A stretch of 64,000 bases of DNA from Vicinamibacteria bacterium. GTDB taxonomy: Bacteria > Acidobacteriota > Vicinamibacteria > Marinacidobacterales > Marinacidobacteraceae. The position numbers and the translations under genes were made by a program. The notes below the pieces were generated by a model. The model was not told the origin of the DNA. It saw only the letters and a program-made list of their open reading frames with translations, and searched no databases. Within the stretch, counting starts at the first letter, position 1, and each line of letters opens with the position of its first letter. The stretch lies in contig CAXXLQ010000004.1 of NCBI GenBank assembly GCA_963668695.2, forward strand, positions 3,072,001 to 3,136,000, read 5' to 3'. Shown one piece after another: positions 58,651-64,000 of the stretch.

Positions 58651-58746
58651 CCGGACGGGGCCCGAACCCAATCAAGACCACGGTGCAAACCGGCCACACC
58701 TCTGGCCCCGTCCGGGAACCGCTCGACCCTGAGAGACAATCGCGGC

Positions 58747-61500
58747 GTGACGACGGCCCCGCGGCTCTTCCCGGATGTCCAACTGGCGCCCGCCGGGCCT
58801 CCCGGCCGCCCGCCCCGCCCACCGGGAAAAGGACGCGGCACCTCGCCGGTGATGCAGCAATATTCGGAGCTGAAGCGGGAGGCCGGGGACGCCATCCTGT
58901 TCTTCCGGATGGGCGACTTCTACGAGATGTTCTTCGAGGACGCCAAGCGGGCCGGCGAGTTGCTGGGCATCGCAGTCACGTCGCGGCAGAACGATGCCGA
59001 CGGGAAGGCGATTCCCATGGCGGGCGTCCCGTACCACGCCGCCGAGGGATACATCGCGCGCCTGGTGCGGGCCGGTCTCCGGGTCGCGGTCTGCGAACAG
59101 GTGGAACCTCCCGGTCTCTCCAAGGGGCCGGTGCGCCGGGAGATCGTGCGGGTCGCGACCCCATCGACCTATCTCGATCCGGCCTATCTTGCGGGATCCG
59201 AAGCCGCCTACCTGATGGCCGTGGCCGAGGCCGGAACGCGGACGCAGCCCCGCCTCGGAGCGGCGTGGGTGGATCTTTCCACGGGGGATTTCACCGCTGC
59301 CGAATTCTCCTCGGCTAGCCGCCTGACGGAATGCGCCGAAGCCATGGCCGGTTTCCGTCCGCGGGAACTGTTGGTCGCGGAGGGATCGCCACCGAAGGAC
59401 CTGCTTCCGGTGCTGGGAGATCTGCCTCTGTTGACGGTGCGCCCTGAGCTCTGGTTCCAGTTCGAACATGCCCGTGACACGTTACGCCGCCACTTCGGAA
59501 CCCTTTCGCTCGAATCTTTCGGCGTCGAGGGAATGCCCTCCGCCATCTGCGCGGCGGGGGCCGCGATCAGCTACCTGACGGAGACTCAACGCGGTGGGCT
59601 CCACCACCTCGGCAGCCTCAAGCGTCTGGACACGTCGGGGCGCATGCAGATCGACCACCTCACCCAGCGAAATCTGGAGTTGTTCCGGTCGCTCTCCGTA
59701 GACATGGGAACCCCGTCCGGCGCAACCCTCGTCGAGATCCTCGACAGGACCGCCACCGCGATGGGGGCCCGCTTGCTGCGGCGGCGTCTGGCTCACCCCC
59801 TGCTGGATCCTCCGCGAATCCGCGGGCGGCATCTCGCGGTGGAGGCGGTCACCCGCGACCGGAACCTCCGGCGGGAGATCACCGGCGGACTTCGAGGCTG
59901 CCCCGACCTCGAGCGACTCGCTTCGAGGGTGGCGCTTCGGATCGCGGGCCCCCGGGAATACCTCAGGCTCGCGGACGGGCTGCGTGCGGCGTCGGCGATC
60001 CGCGCCACTCTCCGAGCAGCCCATGCGGAGCCTCTTCAGGAGGTCGCCGAACGCATCCTGGAATTGCCCGCAGTACTTCGGCGCATCGAGGAAACGATCG
60101 CACCCGAAGCGCCGGTCCTCGCCCGTGAAGGCGGCGTGATTCGGGAAGGTTTCTCCCCGCAAATCGACGAGCTCCGGCGTCTCCGCTTCCACGGCCGTGA
60201 GTGCATCCGCAACATGGAGACGAACGAGAAGCAGCGCACCGGGATCACGTCGCTGCGTATCCGCCACAACCAGGTCTTCGGTTACACGATCGAGGTCCCC
60301 AAGGGTCAAACGGGCCGGGTTCCCCAGGATTACGTTCGCCGGCAGACCCTGGTGGGGGCGGAGCGCTACGTCACGGAGGAGTTGAAGGAGTTCGAGGCAC
60401 GGGTGGCGCGCGCCGACGAGGAGATCCGCGAGTTGGAGGGTGAACTGTTCCGTAGTCTCGAGGACGAAGTCGGCGACGCCGCACGCGAAATCCTGGCAAC
60501 CGCCGGCGCGATCGCCGAGGCGGATGTTGCCGCCGGACTTGCCCAAACGGCGATTACGCATCGTTACGTGAAGCCGGAGGTTCACGACGGATTCGAGATC
60601 GAAGTGCGCGGCGGAAGGCACCCCGTGGTCGAGGCACTGTCCGGCGAGGAGTTCGTGCCCAACGACCTCAGTCTCGGCGACTCCCGCTTCCTGATGATCC
60701 TCACCGGCCCCAACATGGGAGGCAAGTCCACCTTCCTGCGCCAGACCGCGCTGCACGCCGTGATGTCCCAGATGGGCTCGTTCGTCCCGGCGGAGTCGGC
60801 GCGGCTGCCGGTGGTGGATCGTGTCTTCGCCCGCGTTGGAGCATCCGACGACCTCTCCCGCGGACGGTCCACGTTCCTCACGGAAATGGAGGAAACCGCG
60901 CACATCCTCCATCACGCGACGAGTCGAAGCCTCGTCTTGCTTGACGAAGTGGGTCGGGGAACCGCGACCTACGACGGCCTGTCGCTTGCCTGGGCCATCG
61001 TCGAGCACATCGCGCGCGATCCGGGATTGCGCATGAAGACGCTCTTCGCAACCCACTACCACGAGTTGACCGCGCTGGCGAGCGCCGAAGACGGCGTCGT
61101 CAACTTCCATGTCGAAGCGCGGGAACATCGGAATGAAATCGTGTTTCTGCGCCGCGTCGCGCCTGGAGGGACCAACCGAAGCTACGGCATCCAGGTGGCA
61201 CGGCTGGCGGGGGTACCGCGGGCAGTGGTGCGTCGGGCTCATGAGGTTCTTGAGGGGCTCACCGGCGGACTCGACGGACGCGGAGCCCGTCTGCCCGCGC
61301 CCGAACCAGGGGGCCCCTACTCCCTGCTGGAACCCGCCGAAAACCAGGTGGCCGAGGCATTGAGGGCATGCGATCCCGACAGTCTCAGCCCTCGGGACGC
61401 GCTCGAACTCCTCTACCGACTACGGCGGCAACTCGATCCGGCCGGATTTGGAGCAAGCGGGCGCTCCACTTCGAACCCGGTGGAGGAAGAGGAATCCTGA
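58747..61500 (+). CDS. mutS: DNA mismatch repair protein MutS
   Basis: SPVMQQY, FFRMGDFYEMF, PMAGVP, TGPNMGGKST, STFLTEM and LDEVGRGT motifs; start uncertain. Confidence 0.96.
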   Translation: MTTAPRLFPDVQLAPAGPPGRPPRPPGKGRGTSPVMQQYSELKREAGDAILFFRMGDFYEMFFEDAKRAGELLGIAVTSRQNDADGKAIPMAGVPYHAAEGYIARLVRAGLRVAVCEQVEPPGLSKGPVRREIVRVATPSTYLDPAYLAGSEAAYLMAVAEAGTRTQPRLGAAWVDLSTGDFTAAEFSSASRLTECAEAMAGFRPRELLVAEGSPPKDLLPVLGDLPLLTVRPELWFQFEHARDTLRRHFGTLSLESFGVEGMPSAICAAGAAISYLTETQRGGLHHLGSLKRLDTSGRMQIDHLTQRNLELFRSLSVDMGTPSGATLVEILDRTATAMGARLLRRRLAHPLLDPPRIRGRHLAVEAVTRDRNLRREITGGLRGCPDLERLASRVALRIAGPREYLRLADGLRAASAIRATLRAAHAEPLQEVAERILELPAVLRRIEETIAPEAPVLAREGGVIREGFSPQIDELRRLRFHGRECIRNMETNEKQRTGITSLRIRHNQVFGYTIEVPKGQTGRVPQDYVRRQTLVGAERYVTEELKEFEARVARADEEIRELEGELFRSLEDEVGDAAREILATAGAIAEADVAAGLAQTAITHRYVKPEVHDGFEIEVRGGRHPVVEALSGEEFVPNDLSLGDSRFLMILTGPNMGGKSTFLRQTALHAVMSQMGSFVPAESARLPVVDRVFARVGASDDLSRGRSTFLTEMEETAHILHHATSRSLVLLDEVGRGTATYDGLSLAWAIVEHIARDPGLRMKTLFATHYHELTALASAEDGVVNFHVEAREHRNEIVFLRRVAPGGTNRSYGIQVARLAGVPRAVVRRAHEVLEGLTGGLDGRGARLPAPEPGGPYSLLEPAENQVAEALRACDPDSLSPRDALELLYRLRRQLDPAGFGASGRSTSNPVEEEES

Positions 61501-61563
61501 CCGCTGCCCATCGTCCGGCCGCCCGCGAAGCCCCAGGCGCAGCCATACACTCCCGCCAGTTAA

Positions 61564-62116
61564 CTGCCTGTGGACAAAGTCATGTGGCCCAGTTCTCCCG
61601 GTGCGGGCCTCGGTGCCCACCCCACTTCATCCACAGGCAGTTAACAGCCCGTGGTGAAACCCAGGCGGCGTTCGGCCGGCGATCCATCCCGGCCAAACAA
61701 CCGGTGATGAAACCCAGGCGGCGTTCGGCCGGCGATCCATCCCGGCTGAACCGCGTCGCTTCGCGCCGCTCATCGTTGCGTTTCGGTCGAAATACACCCG
61801 GGCCAGTTCTCCCGGTGGGGGCTCCTCCCTCACGCGCCTTGTCAGCCGGACCCCCACCGGGAGAACTGGGCCTCGCCCCCACCGGGAGGACTGGCCAACC
61901 TCGGCACTCACCCGGGTTCCAACACAGGCTGTTCACCGCGTCGCTGCGCGCCGCTCATCGTTGCGTTTCGGTCGAAATACACTCGGGCCAGTTCTCCCGG
62001 TGGGGGCTCCTCCCTCACGCGCCTTGTCAGCCGGACCCCCACCGGGAGAACTGGGCCTCGCCCCCACCGGGAGGACTGGCCAACCTCGGCGCTCACCCGG
62101 GTTCCAACACAGGCTG
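61564..62116. mobile_element. Two adjacent MITE family A copies (61564-61640 and 61645-62116)
   Basis: TTAA at 61560-61563, 61641-61644 and 62117-62120; TIRs CTGCCTGTGGA/TCCACAGGCAG and CAGCCCGTG/CACAGGCTG; second copy has an ~185-bp internal duplication. Confidence 0.83.
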
Positions 62117-62121
62117 TTAAC

Positions 62122-63105
62122 GTGCTGACGAACTGGCGCTGCCGGATGACTCTCATCGCCATCGCGGCGGGGATGGTCGTGCTTCCCGCCTGCGATCACG
62201 AACGGGGGCGGCCCATGGCGCTCGCAACCGGCACCACCGCGGGCGTCTACTACCCGCTGGGCGGGGCGATGGCGAGCCGTTGGACGCGCGACCTCCCCGG
62301 CGTCGTGGTCAAGGCGGAGGTCAGCGCCGGCTCGGTGACGAATCTCATCCAGGTCGCCAAGGGCGAAAGTGACATCGGCTTTGGACAAGCAGATGCGGTG
62401 GCGGACGCAATTCGCGGGACCGGCCGTTTTCCTGAACCCCTGCCCCTCGCGGTTCTCGGCCGCATCTATCCCAACATCGTGCATTTATTGAGTGTCGAAG
62501 GCCGCGGCGTGCACTCGGTAGGCGACCTTAGAGGGAAGCGAGTGTCCCTTGGGCCTCCCGGATCCGGGAACGAGGTGACCGCGAGAAATGTGCTCCGCGC
62601 GGTGGGAATCGCCGAAGAGGATTTCCGGGTACGCCAGATGAACTACAACCAGAGCATCAACGGCCTCAAGGACGGTACCGTCGACGCCGTTTTTCTCGCC
62701 GCCGGACTGGGCGTATCGTCGGTGGTCGAATTGGGTCTTACGCGGGACCTGGTGCTTGTCCCCTTCACTCCCGAAGAGATCGTTGCGGTCGAGACGGCAA
62801 ACGCCGCGTACCAGGGAATCGAGGTGCCGCCGGGCGTCTATCGCGGGGTGGACGTTCCGACGCTCACCCCCTCGCTTTGGAACATGCTCTTCGTACATCG
62901 CGACCTCCCCGCCGATGTCGCCAAGCGCCTGGCCGCCTCGCTCCTCGCCGGGCGCGAGGAGTTCCGCTCCGTCACCCGAAACGCCGAGTTCATCCAGGTT
63001 GACAGCCTCGCGGAGGTAGGGAATCTGCCACTCCACCCAGGCGCCAGAGCGTTCTACGGAGAAGAGCGTAGGCGCATCGGCGGTGCGCCCGGGAGCCTGC
63101 CCTGA
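62122..63105 (+). CDS. TAXI-family TRAP transporter solute-binding lipoprotein
   Basis: LPAC lipobox, ATG.T.GVYYPLG, GSVTN, DLRGKRVSLGPPGSG and PLHPGA..FY motifs. Confidence 0.93.
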   Translation: MLTNWRCRMTLIAIAAGMVVLPACDHERGRPMALATGTTAGVYYPLGGAMASRWTRDLPGVVVKAEVSAGSVTNLIQVAKGESDIGFGQADAVADAIRGTGRFPEPLPLAVLGRIYPNIVHLLSVEGRGVHSVGDLRGKRVSLGPPGSGNEVTARNVLRAVGIAEEDFRVRQMNYNQSINGLKDGTVDAVFLAAGLGVSSVVELGLTRDLVLVPFTPEEIVAVETANAAYQGIEVPPGVYRGVDVPTLTPSLWNMLFVHRDLPADVAKRLAASLLAGREEFRSVTRNAEFIQVDSLAEVGNLPLHPGARAFYGEERRRIGGAPGSLP

Positions 63106-63131
63106 AAGTCAGCCCAGCCCCCGCCGGAACG

Positions 63132-64000
63132 GTGTCGTTTCCGGAGGAGGCAAAGACCGCGCTTTCTCTGCCGGTTCTGCTGACCGGCGCCTCCCTCTCG
63201 CTCTTTCAACTCTGGCAGGCCGTTTTTGGCGCTCTCGGAGCCACCTGGCTCCGACCGATCCATCTCACCTGGATTCTGGCGCTCGGTTTTCTCGCGGCCG
63301 CCGCCTGCCGCCCACGTCGGGAGCGCGCCGTCGATCTCGTTCTGGTCGTGCTTTCCGTCGCCGCGGGAGTCATGGTCATCCGCTTCGACCGGCAGGGCAT
63401 CGACCACATTCTCTATGGCCTGAACACCGTCGATGTGGCCGCGGGAATCACCCTGATCGCACTCCTTCTCGAAGCCACGCGCCGGAGGGTGGGTGCGGCG
63501 ATGACCTCGGTAGTCGTCGTATTCCTGGCCTATAACGCCTTCGGTGCGTCCCTTCCCGGCATCCTGGCGCACCGCGGCTTCGAACTCGAGCGGATCGTCC
63601 GCTTTGAAGTCTTCACCGGGGCGGGGCTCTTCGGCCTCCCGATCGGAGTGGCAAGCAGCACGGTCTTCGTGTTCGTACTCTTCGGCGCGCTACTCGAGTG
63701 CACCGGCGGGGGCCGTTTCTTCATCGATCTCGCGTTCGCCGCCGCCGGGAAGTCGCGCGGTGGACCCGCGAAAGCCGCGGTCGTCGCTTCGGCGGCGCTC
63801 GGCTCCGTGTCCGGCTCCGCCATCGCCAACACCGTGACCACGGGTGCTCTCACCATCCCGATGATGAAGCGCCTGGGCTTCTCACGCGAAGAGGCCGGCG
63901 GAATCGAAGCGGCCGCGTCCACCGGGGGCCAGTTGATGCCGCCGATCATGGGGGCGGGCGCCTTCCTGATGGCGGAGCTCACCAATACCCCCTATCCGCG
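63132..64000 (+). CDS. TRAP transporter fused permease (TAXI-type), 3'-truncated by window edge
   Basis: Open frame absent from the ORF track: RPIHL, LLEATRR.VG, HRG, FVLFGALL, RGGPAKAAVVAS, VSGSAIAN.VTTG..TIPMMK..G and EAAASTGGQLMPPIMGA.AFLMAE. Confidence 0.92.
   Translation, partial: MSFPEEAKTALSLPVLLTGASLSLFQLWQAVFGALGATWLRPIHLTWILALGFLAAAACRPRRERAVDLVLVVLSVAAGVMVIRFDRQGIDHILYGLNTVDVAAGITLIALLLEATRRRVGAAMTSVVVVFLAYNAFGASLPGILAHRGFELERIVRFEVFTGAGLFGLPIGVASSTVFVFVLFGALLECTGGGRFFIDLAFAAAGKSRGGPAKAAVVASAALGSVSGSAIANTVTTGALTIPMMKRLGFSREEAGGIEAAASTGGQLMPPIMGAGAFLMAELTNTPYP

Overview
GC-rich bacterial chromosomal window. Gene content and order (large LptC/LptA-like gene-lptB-rpoN-EIIA-HPr-EI, tol-pal, parAB) suggest an Acidobacteriota-like diderm; this taxonomic call is inference. 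Housekeeping genes include parAB, miaB, recN, tolQRAB-pal-cpoB, ssb, ptsI/ptsH, rpoN, lptB, accA, dnaE, guaA, pssA/psd, tsaB, mutS and a TAXI-TRAP transporter. The window also holds a lexA-imuA-imuB-dnaE2 mutagenesis cassette, an IS1595 element and a frameshifted IS1634 element. Main hidden signals: (1) three genes that the ORF track splits at an in-frame UGA lying exactly at a catalytic Cys position, each followed by a bSECIS-like hairpin, i.e. three predicted selenoproteins (PDO/thioredoxin-fold UPWC, OsmC-like, exported peroxiredoxin-like UPFC), two of them in one redox operon; (2) a dense modular MITE family with CTAG/TTAA-type target duplications, often abutting TAG stop codons and itself carrying an ~18-20 nt micro-insert; (3) a two-OB-fold SSB; (4) a perfect palindrome over the lexA promoter that may be a new SOS box; (5) a Tat-lipoprotein GatC-like partner beside a signal-less amidase. 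No rRNA, tRNA or CRISPR array was recognised. All calls are by eye, with no database searches.
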